Assembly (NCBI GenBank): GCA_963675595.2
Contig: CAXXLZ010000002.1
Coordinates: 3,264,001 to 3,328,000 of the forward strand
Length of the DNA: 64,000 bases
DNA from: Thermodesulfobacteriota bacterium
GTDB lineage: Bacteria; Desulfobacterota; Desulfarculia; JACQYL01
Direction of reading: 5' to 3'
This document shows positions 43,101 through 52,216 of the stretch, piece by piece. The notes below the pieces were generated by a model. That model worked only from the letters and a program-made list of their open reading frames with translations. It was not told the DNA's origin and searched no databases. The stretch's first letter is position 1, and the number at the start of each line of letters is the position of its first letter. The translations under genes were made by a program, and so were the position numbers.

Positions 43101-43885
43101 GGGATGTGGAATCTTACAGAAGCCAAGGCTTGAACGGGGAGGACGCATTCCGGGAAGCTACTTTTCGGATTTTCGGGTGTCCGCCGGGAACCTACGGCGC
43201 CGGAGTGGAGGAGCTGATTGAATCCAAGAACTGGAAGACTCAGGACGATCTGGCGGACAATTACATCCGGTATTCGGCCCATGCCTACGGTCGGAATTCC
43301 TATGGGAAGCACAATCCCGAAACGTTCAGGCGAGTTCTGTCCCGCATGGAGGTGACGGTGAAGAACGAGGATTCCAGGGAATACGATATGCTTTCGTGCA
43401 CCGACTTCTACAACTATTACGGTGGATTGATCGCTGCCGCCAAGTCGGTTCGGGGTGAGTTGCCGTTTGCCCTGGCCGGAGACGCGTCGGACCCCGGGCG
43501 GATTCTGATGCGCACTACCATGGAAGAGACCAAGCACGTGTTGAGGGCGCGGCTGGTCAATCCCAAATGGCTGGAGGGGATGAAGCGGCATGGTTTTAAA
43601 GGGGCGGGCGATATATCCAAAATGATGGACGTGGTTCTGGGATGGGACGCCACCGCCGAAGTCATGGAAGACTGGATGTACGAGCGGATGGCGCAACAAT
43701 ACGCTTTGGACCCGGACATGCGGCAATGGATGAAGGAAGTGAATCCCTATGCTCTTCAAAACATTCTGGATAAACTGCTGGAAGCCATCAGTCGGGGGAT
43801 GTGGAATGCCGGTGATGAGATGGAAGCGGAACTTCGAAACGCGTATCTTGAAATCGAAGGCCAAATTGAAGAGATCACCGAATAG
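40112..43885 (+). CDS. cobN: Cobaltochelatase subunit CobN, paralog B
   Basis: QPEFDGAL, NYPPRNDRIG, HVGKHGSLEWLPGK, EGTQAKRR, LPTGRNFF, RPRLDV..RISGFFRDAF and PPGTYGAG. Confidence 0.93.
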   Translation: MNPYRLCYFSATALEIPSLRRGLDLYLTDGGRVRVTARTNNQLFDEARIKAFVKDAMKSDAVIVVLHGGKASCAAFDALIAEFSDPKRNGSKAPYLHIKADVGDEEGLFLAGEYSAEFGTENWDIISSYVSYGGPVNFRQLFRFLGNIVADDDVGCVPPEPTPGEGIYHPDVAGVPSLDEYLKAKVDPSKITVGLWFYHSYWINNNLEHINALIKEVESRGANVIAVFHRRFKDESLGTRGADYVVDHFFMENGTPRIDALINPMNFSLSLFSPEYEGLLERLDVPVIQALTTSQPYEVWKAGVQGMSSMEVSYAAAQPEFDGALISVPVSTREENETDPFTGALLSRMVPIPDRVRKVVSLALNWAKLRKKSPDGKKIAVIFHNYPPRNDRIGCAAGLDSFESVKLLLDRMKEQGYVVEQTYENGDELAQEMVERMTCDQRWLTPERMSEKAEARAGREGYLPWHAALPDGVRSKMREDWGEVPGDLFVYRDEMMFPGMINGNIFLTIQPPRGYLENVDKIYHDLYLSPPHHYLAQYRWIRDVFRADAVMHVGKHGSLEWLPGKALGLSEECFPDLSIMDLPNVYPYIINDPSEGTQAKRRSYCCIIDHLTPVFSNADLYEDLTQVESALKDYEDAVRENPGKLDVLRPMLWEAVVKADLDKDLEMNEESAFADFEKFREQLHGYLSELRDTMINDGLHIMGTAPRDDRLVEFLTQLTRLPNGAVPSLREALVAYKGYDYDELLENRGSRFAGSGDKTGGMLIGEVHELALELVGGLSSEDYDPERASAAVESVLGRSVPEVLEIADYICRNLVPDIRRVSDEIDASLRAFQGRFVPPGPSGAPTRGQADILPTGRNFFSVDPSKIPTPGAWEVGIRLGDALIDRCLQENGEYPEGIGIVLWGGATMRSKGDDLAEILYLMGVKPVWQKGSGRVTGVEVIPVSELKRPRLDVTPRISGFFRDAFPNLVELMDDAVRMVAALKEPFECNMLRRNVLRDVESYRSQGLNGEDAFREATFRIFGCPPGTYGAGVEELIESKNWKTQDDLADNYIRYSAHAYGRNSYGKHNPETFRRVLSRMEVTVKNEDSREYDMLSCTDFYNYYGGLIAAAKSVRGELPFALAGDASDPGRILMRTTMEETKHVLRARLVNPKWLEGMKRHGFKGAGDISKMMDVVLGWDATAEVMEDWMYERMAQQYALDPDMRQWMKEVNPYALQNILDKLLEAISRGMWNAGDEMEAELRNAYLEIEGQIEEITE

Positions 43886-43892
43886 TTCGGAA

Positions 43893-45791
43893 GTGAACTC
43901 CACCAACGGTGGAAGCGGCTGCAAACCGGTCCGTATCCCGGTGTTGTTGTGGGCGGTGATTTTCCTTTTCGTCGCCGGAGCTCACGCGCAGCAAGGCGGC
44001 GGGTCTTCTTCGGACCGTGAGTATCAACTGGAGTCCATCAAGGTGGTTGCGGATGCCATCGAGGAATTCGTCCAAGCCCACCCGGAGTCCGTAACGGTCC
44101 TCGACCGTGCGGAGATTGAACTGCGTAATTTCGGGGACCTTGGAGAAGCCGTTGCGAGCGTGCCGGGAGTCGAAGTGCGCAAAAGAGCGGGCAATTTAGG
44201 TACCCGAGTCATCATTCGAGGGGGGAGCGCCAACGGCGTGCTGGTGCTCATCGACGGCAAACCGGTTAACTCGACTCAGTTCGGAGCCGTGGACCTCGAA
44301 AGCCTGCCTCTGGAAATGGTCGAGAAAATCATGGTGTTCAAACCTCCGGTCCCCGTTGATCTCGGCCCCGGGGCATCGGGGGGCGCGGTGAACATCATTA
44401 CTCGGGTCAAAAAGAAGAGGCCGGTTGCCCGGACCAAGGCTCGGGTGGAGGGCGGGTCCTTCGGTACGGTTTCCGGAAGCGCCACGAGAATTCAGCCGCT
44501 GGGCGAGGATCAGTTTTTTGTGACGGCCGGGGGCGGCCATACCGACGGGAAGAGAACCAACAGCGACAACACCAAAGGGAATTTCAGCGCTCAGTGGCGG
44601 CGTGAGCTGGAAGGGTCCGACTCCCTGGACATCACCGGCCGCTATTACGGGGTCGAACGGGGCGCTTCGGGACCTCTGGACAACCCGACCCCGGACGCGA
44701 GGCAGAGCTATCATCACGCCTCTCTGGGATTGGATTACGATGGTATGTGGGAGGGGGCCGGCCCCTTTACCATCAAGGGCTACGGAGATTTTGAGCATCT
44801 AAACGATAAGACCCAGTTCGGTGACGACAGCGTTCTGAAGGTCTACAAGATCGGCACCAAGAACGAATTTACGTGGCCTCCCGATCAGGACTATTTCTTC
44901 AAGTTCGGCGCCTCCGCCGAGGGCAATTTCGTGGATCACACGGAGACCGGGTACCATGACCGGGGGAGGACGTCGCTTTACACCGAGTACCGCCGTGAAT
45001 GGAAACCCTGGACCTTCATGCTGGGAGTGAGAGGCGATTACACGAGCGATTTCGCCTTTCACCCCGGAGCTCAGGGAGGGGTGAGTCTGGCTCTCGGTCC
45101 CCGCACCGTGTTGCGGGGAAACGCGGGTTATGCCGTAGAAATACCCACCTTCGCACAACTCTACCAGCCCACCCACGGCAGCGCCGACCAGGTCCGTGGA
45201 AACCCGGACCTCAATGAGGAACGCTCCGTTTCCGTGGATATCGGGATCGAGCACGTGTGGTCGGAAATGCTCAGCATGGCATTGAGCGTTTTCCGCACGG
45301 ACACTTTCGATTACATTACCTCGGTGAGGGGCGACGATAAGATTTACCGCGGCGTCAATCTGGACCATGCCTCGCGACAGGGGGTCGAGGTGTCGGCCAA
45401 ATCCAGAATCAACGAATCCGTCACCCTTCGGTTCGACTATGTGTTTCTGGACACCAGAAATCACGATACGGATAAGGAATTGATTTACGCCGCCAAGCAC
45501 ACGATCAAAGGGTCCGGTACGTTCATCCTTCCCTTGGGCGTTCGTCTGGAACCGGAAGTCGCCTACGTGAGCGCGCGATTCGCGGACCTGGAGAATTCCG
45601 ACGGGCAGCGCCTCGGTGGATACACCAAGGTGAACTGCAAGGCCACCCTGCCTTTCGAAATGGGTCGATACAAAGCGGAAGCCTTTGTTTCGGTCTATAA
45701 TCTCCTCGACCATGACTTTTCCGTCCACTTCGGATATCCTGACGACGGCTTTCGAGTCATGGGAGGGCTGCAACTCGAGTTCGGCCCCTAA
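43893..45791 (+). CDS. TonB-dependent receptor (BtuB-like)
   Basis: Signal peptide; plug IRGG...VLVLIDG, GASGGAVNIIT; barrel GNPDLNEE and VYNLLD; C-terminal LEF; start uncertain. Confidence 0.88.
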   Translation: MNSTNGGSGCKPVRIPVLLWAVIFLFVAGAHAQQGGGSSSDREYQLESIKVVADAIEEFVQAHPESVTVLDRAEIELRNFGDLGEAVASVPGVEVRKRAGNLGTRVIIRGGSANGVLVLIDGKPVNSTQFGAVDLESLPLEMVEKIMVFKPPVPVDLGPGASGGAVNIITRVKKKRPVARTKARVEGGSFGTVSGSATRIQPLGEDQFFVTAGGGHTDGKRTNSDNTKGNFSAQWRRELEGSDSLDITGRYYGVERGASGPLDNPTPDARQSYHHASLGLDYDGMWEGAGPFTIKGYGDFEHLNDKTQFGDDSVLKVYKIGTKNEFTWPPDQDYFFKFGASAEGNFVDHTETGYHDRGRTSLYTEYRREWKPWTFMLGVRGDYTSDFAFHPGAQGGVSLALGPRTVLRGNAGYAVEIPTFAQLYQPTHGSADQVRGNPDLNEERSVSVDIGIEHVWSEMLSMALSVFRTDTFDYITSVRGDDKIYRGVNLDHASRQGVEVSAKSRINESVTLRFDYVFLDTRNHDTDKELIYAAKHTIKGSGTFILPLGVRLEPEVAYVSARFADLENSDGQRLGGYTKVNCKATLPFEMGRYKAEAFVSVYNLLDHDFSVHFGYPDDGFRVMGGLQLEFGP

Positions 45792-45914
45792 CAGGCTGCG
45801 CAAAAACGCGATCTGCTGCGTTGCGCTTCGTCCCTCGTCACTGCGACGTACTTTATGTACGTCTCATTCCTCGGGATTTGCGCGCCTTGCATCACATCGT
45901 TTTTTCGCAGCCTG
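45792..45914. repeat. MITE/REP-like intergenic element, family A (most intact copy)
   Basis: Terminal IRs CAGGCTGCGCAAAAACG / CGTTTTTTCGCAGCCTG; internal palindrome GACGTAC-ttat-GTACGTC-like. Confidence 0.7.
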
Positions 45915-46160
45915 CGGCAACCGGCCCTTTTCAGCGGGATGCCGGTGTTTGACCGGTCCGGACGCATTCCGGGAAGGGCGAGCCCCGGCTCGGCTCATCG
46001 ACGAAAGAAGCTGATGCGCGTTGGTGATGTTTGGAAGTTCGCCATGGGCGCTTCGTTCCAATATGGCGGTATCGGACCGACGGGAGGCCGTGCCGAGCGC
46101 CATGGGCGGTTTCCACGCGGTTGTGTGATCAACCTTGAAGCGGAAGAATAGGAAGAGCGC

Positions 46161-47123
46161 TTGATACGAATTGAAGGGCTGACGAAACGCTACGGGAACA
46201 TCACGGCGCTGAACGGCTTGGACCTCCATGTGCGGCAGGGGGAGTTCTTCGGGTTTCTGGGGCCCAACGGGGCGGGCAAGACCACCACCATCAGGATACT
46301 GACCACTCTGACCCTGCCCGATGGCGGTAAGGCCTGGATCGCCGGTCATGAAATATCGGCGCAACCCCTGGCGGCCAAATCCCGGACGGGGGTGGTGCCC
46401 CAAAGCATCAACCTGGATCAGGAGCTCACCGCCGGAGAAAACCTGGAAGTACACGGCCTCTTGTATAATATGTCCGCCTCGGATCGAAAGAAGAAGATTG
46501 GACAAGTCCTGGCTGAAACCGGTCTCACCGACCGGATCGAGAGTCAGGTACGAACTTTCTCGGGAGGGATGAAACGTCGCTTGATGATCGCCCGAGCACT
46601 GATGCACGAACCTTCGGTTCTCTTTTTGGACGAGCCCACCGTGGGCCTGGACCCTTCGGTGAAAAGAAGGCTTTGGGCACTGCTCAAGCAGATCAATCGA
46701 GGGGGAGCGACCATTTTTCTGACCACCCATTACATCGACGAGGCCGAGGCTCTTTGCGACCGTGTCGGCATCATCCATCACGGGAAACTCATCGCTCTGG
46801 ATACGCCCGCGAACCTGATCCGCAGCGCCGGAACTCACGTGGCCGACGTGTTCGAAGACGATACCATGACCACGCATTTCTTCGATTCGAGGGAAAGCGC
46901 GAGCTCCTTCGCTTCCACCCAGTCCCTGCCGGTGATGATCCGCAACTGCAACCTGGAAGACGTATTCGTGAAACTCACCGGTGAACAGATTCAGCCCGAA
47001 CGCCAGGTCCGGACTTCCCGGGAACACGGGGCTTCAGGCCACGGGAGCGCCCACGGCGGTTCCGGCACCGGGCACTCGAGCCATGGACAACACGGGCATG
47101 CATCGGGCCGTTCATCCCATTGA
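46161..47123 (+). CDS. ABC-2/DrrA-NodI-type exporter ATP-binding protein with His/Gly-rich tail
   Basis: GPNGAGKTT, FSGGMKRR, FLDEPTVGLDP and TTHYIDEAE; tail HGASGHGSAHGGSGTGHSSHGQHGH. Confidence 0.9.
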   Translation: MIRIEGLTKRYGNITALNGLDLHVRQGEFFGFLGPNGAGKTTTIRILTTLTLPDGGKAWIAGHEISAQPLAAKSRTGVVPQSINLDQELTAGENLEVHGLLYNMSASDRKKKIGQVLAETGLTDRIESQVRTFSGGMKRRLMIARALMHEPSVLFLDEPTVGLDPSVKRRLWALLKQINRGGATIFLTTHYIDEAEALCDRVGIIHHGKLIALDTPANLIRSAGTHVADVFEDDTMTTHFFDSRESASSFASTQSLPVMIRNCNLEDVFVKLTGEQIQPERQVRTSREHGASGHGSAHGGSGTGHSSHGQHGHASGRSSH

Positions 47124-47267
47124 AGCCCCGGACGAGATTAGGGTGAAGGGTTTTCAAGAACGTTTTTCCCCGTGATCCTTTTCATAGTCGATGCACCCTG
47201 CCTCGCCGGCGGAGGCGGTGTTGAAAGTGTTCCTTTGTCGCCGGCCTGAGACGGATGGGAGTGTTGT

Positions 47268-48002
47268 ATGCGAGGCTACTTGGCCGTGCTCAAGCGGGAC
47301 CTGTTCATTCTCAAGCACCGGTTCTTCAAAGTCGTTCTTTCCCTGGCCGTTTCTCCGGTTCTGTTCCTCATCGCCTTTGGATGGGGAATCGGGAGGAGCC
47401 TGGATGTGGAGGGAGTTTCCTACATTCTGTTCATGGTTCCCGGATTGATCGCCATGAGCAGCATGTCCCAATCCTTCGGAATCGCCGTGGACATCAATGT
47501 GGCGCGGTTTTATTGGCACATCTTCGAAGAATTCCAGGCCGCGCCGGTGAGTGATTTCGCCATCGCGGCGGCGGAAGTGACCTACGGCATTCTCAAAGGT
47601 TTTCTGTCCGCCGCGGTCATCCTGATTCTGGCCTCCTTGGTGGGAACCCGCGTGTCCGTCAACCCGGGTTTCGTTTCGGCCGTGTTCGCCAACTGTTTCT
47701 GCTTCGCATCCCTGGCATTCATTGCCGCCATGGTGGTCAAGTCGCACGCGGACCAATCCGTGATCGCCAACTTCATTATCACCCCCATGGCCTTTCTGTG
47801 CGGAACGTTCTTTTCCTTGAAGGCGCTTCCGGCCTGGGCCTTCCACATCATCAACGTGTTGCCTCTCACCCAATCCACCAAAGCCATCCGCGCGTCCGCT
47901 CTGGGACGGGAATTCCCCTTTGCCGCCTTCTCCTATACGCTGGCCCTCGGCGCGATCTTCTTCACCATCGCCGTATTCATGGTGAGGCGGTCGAGGCAAT
48001 AA
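47268..48002 (+). CDS. ABC-2 type transporter permease
   Basis: Six TM segments; FMVPGLIAM, PMAFLCGTFF and LPLT. Confidence 0.9.
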   Translation: MRGYLAVLKRDLFILKHRFFKVVLSLAVSPVLFLIAFGWGIGRSLDVEGVSYILFMVPGLIAMSSMSQSFGIAVDINVARFYWHIFEEFQAAPVSDFAIAAAEVTYGILKGFLSAAVILILASLVGTRVSVNPGFVSAVFANCFCFASLAFIAAMVVKSHADQSVIANFIITPMAFLCGTFFSLKALPAWAFHIINVLPLTQSTKAIRASALGREFPFAAFSYTLALGAIFFTIAVFMVRRSRQ

Positions 48003-48227
48003 CTCGGAACTCCTGCATTGCCGGTCAAGAGCGATTTTTCAAAGCGGAGATCACTCGTCCGACGGTCGGAACGACTCCCACCCTTTCCGCTGGTTTCGCC
48101 TCTACTCCCTAGTTTTTCCAGGACCTTTTCAAGCCGGCAAGAGGGTGAACCATACCGGAGAAGTCCGCCTTCGGCGGACAACCCCGGATATTCATGAGTT
48201 ATGCGGCTGCGCTCCGAGGCTTTGCCG

Positions 48228-48932
48228 TTACGGTTTCCACACTTCCCAGACCTTGCCCACCAAATCGGGGCCCGGGGTCAGGGTGACCTGGCCGGGCTGC
48301 CATCCGGAAGGCGTCACCTCTCCCGTCTCCACCACGTGACGGAAGGCCTTGAGCTGTCGGAGCAATTCCGCGGGGCTCCGACCGACCTCGGGAGTCAGCA
48401 CTTCCATGGCGCGGATCACGAAATCGGGATCGATGATGAAACGGCCTCGGATATCCACGCCGGCCGCTTCGTCGTATACGCCGTAGATGGTGCCGATGGC
48501 CCCGCCGGCATCCGACAGCATGGGGAAGGGGACCCCTCCGGGCACCATTTTCGAGAGTTCCTCCTGCTGCCAGATCTTGTGCACGAAACGGCTGTCCGTG
48601 CTCATGGCCAGCACCTGGGCGTCCAACGCCTCGAACTCTTTGTACAGGGCGGCGACCGCCGCCAGCTCGGTGGGTCAGACAAAGGTAAAATCACCGGGAT
48701 AGAAACACAATACGATCCATTTGCCTTTGTGGTCCGACAGCTTGATCTGGTCGAACCCGACGCCTTCGATGTATCCGTTGGCCTCAAAATCAATCGCTTC
48801 CCGGCCTACGCGTGCCTGCATCTTCTGTTCCTCCTGTACCGCGGCCGTCCCGCCGGCCGGGGCGTCCGATTGGGGTTTGGGGGCCAGCACCCCGCGAGCG
48901 GGTTTGACGCAACCGTCCTTCTGTTTCGCCAT
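48228..48932 (-). CDS. prxU: Selenocysteine-containing peroxiredoxin (AhpC/PrxU type), Sec at 48677-48675
   Basis: [23 protein letters not shown] places TGA at the peroxidatic Cys position; frame continues STDSRFVH...RGRFIIDPD...GRS..E. Confidence 0.92.
48648..48663 (-). promoter_or_regulatory. Putative SECIS element of prxU
   Basis: Minus-strand GGCGGC-GGTC-GCCGCC hairpin after an 11-nt spacer from the TGA; G-first loop. Confidence 0.7.
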
Positions 48933-49312
48933 TCGCTTCTCCTTTTGGGGTTGGTGGTTGAGTGGAGTGTGAAAAAAGACCGAGCCCATGCGATCCATGG
49001 GCGAACTTTCCTTCACGCGGAACAGTCCGGGCCGTTCCGAATATCGGATTCAGTATAGAACATTTTTGCGATGGGAAGGTTACAGAAGTATCGGAAAAAT
49101 CACTGTGAACGCCGGGCGAGTTGTCGTCTTTCGGTGTTGCGGGGTATTTTTTGTATGGTTTCCCGCCGGAGTTGCGTCCGCAGGTTCATCATCACCCGTC
49201 GGCAACCAACGGACTTTTGGGGAAACGACGGATAAGAAGAGGAACGCCGGGCATGTTATCGGCGAGTGAATTCGCAAGGGGGGGACAGGTCGTGGAGGGA
49301 CAAACGTGTGGG

Positions 49313-50506
49313 TTAGATTTCTTCACACATGTTACCGGACGGGCGGCCCTGTGTGAATGAAACGACCCTGTCCCGTCCTTCTTCTTTGGCCGTGTATAAG
49401 GCGTTGTCGGCCTTTCTGAGGAGGTCTTCGTATCCATCCGCATGTTCATTACAGCCGGCCACACCAAAACTCGAGGTCAAACTGATGGTCCGGCCTTGAA
49501 AAACCAAGGGCGTGGCCTTGCAGGCCGATCTCAAACGTTCCGCAACGGAGAGGGCCATGGAAACATCGGCTCCGTGCAGAACAGCCACAAATTCCTCTCC
49601 GCCGTACCTTGCCAACACATCTCCGGCGCGTAAGGCTTTGTTGAATACGTTTGCCGTGTGAACCAAAACGGCGTCGCCGGCCTGGTGACCGTAAGTGTCG
49701 TTGATTTTCTTGAAATGATCCAGGTCGGCCATGATCAGGCTTATGGGTTCACCATGCCGTTTGGCCCCGGCGTATTCTCTTTCCAAGGCATTCTCCAAGG
49801 CCCTTCGGTTAAAGACTCCGGTCAAAGGATCGGTCAATGCCATGTTTCTTATCTGATCCTGGAGTCTCGTGGCGACGATGAAGACCACCGACAAACTGGT
49901 CCACACCGCTATGCCGGCGTAGAAGATGACTGAGAGAGCGAATGTAGGAGATGAGAAGGATGGTGCTTTGTAGCCCGGCCCGAACAGATAGAGAACGATT
50001 CTGATTACACTGAATAGAAGCATCAGTGCAAAGGGGATGGCGGCGAAAACGTAGAACACGCGTTGTTCTTTGTGCGGATTTGAACAGAGTAATTTAAGGA
50101 TCAAGGCGCTCAAAGGCCCCATAATGAAATTCCTGACAATCATTCTGGCCTCGAAGCTCGGATGATAATAGGTGTACCGAATAAGGAGAATAAAGTATAT
50201 CATCGCCAACAGGGGAATGATGATTCTCTCGCGAGGACGCACCGATAGGAGACGAACGAATAGTTCATAATAAGCTACAAGATATAGAAGACTTACCATA
50301 TTGGCCACGATGATACTGAAAAAATCAGGAATGATTCCTCTACAGGCTACAAGAAAAAAGGTGACGGTCAAGGCGCCTACGGACATGGCGGCCCAGAGGA
50401 ACAGCCGGTTCTCCTTTCTTGCCAGGCTGTAAAAGAGAATAGCCAGAGTGAGAGAGGCCGTGAGAGCTCCGACCAGAATAGACGTGTTGTGAACATCGAA
50501 TTGCAT
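49313..50506 (-). CDS. Membrane-bound diguanylate cyclase (GGDEF)
   Basis: N-terminal TM region; TDPLTGVFNRR, DLDHFKKINDTYGHQAGD and RYGGEEF. Confidence 0.92.
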   Translation of the reverse strand: MQFDVHNTSILVGALTASLTLAILFYSLARKENRLFLWAAMSVGALTVTFFLVACRGIIPDFFSIIVANMVSLLYLVAYYELFVRLLSVRPRERIIIPLLAMIYFILLIRYTYYHPSFEARMIVRNFIMGPLSALILKLLCSNPHKEQRVFYVFAAIPFALMLLFSVIRIVLYLFGPGYKAPSFSSPTFALSVIFYAGIAVWTSLSVVFIVATRLQDQIRNMALTDPLTGVFNRRALENALEREYAGAKRHGEPISLIMADLDHFKKINDTYGHQAGDAVLVHTANVFNKALRAGDVLARYGGEEFVAVLHGADVSMALSVAERLRSACKATPLVFQGRTISLTSSFGVAGCNEHADGYEDLLRKADNALYTAKEEGRDRVVSFTQGRPSGNMCEEI

Positions 50507-51336
50507 GAGAAGTTCCGGTTGAGCTTGGGTGAGCCGGCATCAAATTCGATGAGACTTTCCTTTGTTTGCTCAGCGGATGAAACCGGGTTTCTTTCAGGCG
50601 GGGTCAATGGGTCATAATAATTTTATAATATCATTATGTTGATAGGCTGTCCGGCTCGGCGTCGACCCTTTTGTGTTTGGTTCGGATCGGAAAACGGAGT
50701 CTCCCGGACTCATAAATCCGTATTTTTCCACTCTTACCGCCTGCAAATAAGGTTCGGTCATTCTACATTGCACCGGCATGTATTCGTGATACCCGGTCGG
50801 CGCTTACTTATCAATAGAGAAAGAACATGTCCACGGAGATTTAAGATTGGAACGATTATCGATATGTACGATAGTGAATGCGTCTTTGTATCGGGAAAAG
50901 CGCCGCAGGCGGGCAATGCGGGATGGAAGACCGGTTTCAGTCGGGGGCGAGGTTCTTTTCGTCGGGCGAATCGGATTCACACGGTAGGTCTTCTCCGTAT
51001 AGCGGCCGCCTCCGATGAGCCGCCGAAATAGGATGCCGCGGCAAGTCGCGTCGGATCTCCTCCCGCGTGAACATTTAGAGGGGTATTCGAGGGAACCCTT
51101 TTTTGATAAAAGGGTTCCCTCGGGCTCCTTCCAGAAAACTTTAGGCGTTTCCCTATGTTGTACGGAAGATGCTGCTCATTTTGCGGATCGCGCACGCGAT
51201 GCGCAAAGGCGCGATGGGGGTCCGGGGGGCCATTGGTCCCCCGGCAGGGGGTGCAGGGAGACGGTGTCCCCTTGCGGCACACTCCGTGAATGGGTACCCC
51301 CCGCCTATCCCATGAATGGATACACTTGGATATTCA

Positions 51337-52093
51337 TCAGGGCCTCCACGGCTCATCCGCCAAGGGCGCGCGGTTCAGTTCCGCCTTGTGCAACCGCCAG
51401 GAGGGCAGGAACTGGTCCATGAGGGCCTTGAAGTTCTGCAAACCCCAAAAACGCCCCTTCCCGGTCGTTGTGATGACGTTCGAGCAGGTGGACCATTTCA
51501 TGCACCAGGACGTATTCCAGGCAAACCACGGGTCTCTCGGCCAAATGGAGATTCACCCAGATGCGCCGAGCCCGGATGTTGCACGTGCCCCATCGGGTCT
51601 TCATCCTTTTGATGCGCACCTCGGCCACCGTCACGCCCACCTTGGGCGCCCACCGGGCGAGCAACGCCGGTAGCTGTTGCCGGAGCCGTTCACGATACCA
51701 TCCATACAACAGGGCCTGGCGCTCCTCGTGATCGGTTCCGGGCCGGACATGCAGGGTCAGGACGGCATTGTCCGTGAGGTGAACGGTCGGCGGTCCGTTG
51801 TGCTCGATCACGTCGAGCCGACAGCACCGCCCTTGGAAGTAATGGCTTTCACCGGTGACCAGTTCACGCCGCGGGGGACGGACCTGTTTTCGGAAGGCCT
51901 CCTGTTGCCGGCGAATCCAGGTCAAGCGAGACTCCACGAAGCGGCGGACGGCCTCCTCGTCCAACCACAACGGCGCGGATACCTTCACCCGGCCGTCCGG
52001 CGGGTACACGCGCAAGTGCAGGTTCTTGATCTTCTTGCGCCGGACTTCGACGGTGACGCCGTTGACTTGGATGTGATGGGGTTTGATGTTCAC
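51337..52093 (-). pseudogene. YgjP/M48-like (DUF45) metallohydrolase frameshifted by a 28-nt insertion
   Basis: MKTRWGTCN and YVLVHEMVH; the expected C-terminus FKALMDQFLPSWR...L lies in another frame beyond insertion 51433-51460. Confidence 0.75.
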
Positions 52094-52216
52094 GGTGCTT
52101 TTCCAGCGTCTTGAATGTGGCGACCATGAAATCCTTCATGGTCGTCGAGCGCGGACTTGATCGCTTTCCTGACCGGGTCGGCGCGTCGGTAGGGCTTCTT
52201 CTTTCGGCTATGCTTC

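Noticed and set aside
40928-43924. Long antisense ORFs (411 and 584 aa) and similar shadow ORFs elsewhere
   Set aside because: They lie opposite well-supported genes in GC-rich DNA and carry no recognisable motifs.
50636-51330. Short ORFs between the GGDEF gene and the YgjP-like gene
   Set aside because: They have no motifs and overlap hairpin repeats; the region is probably non-coding.
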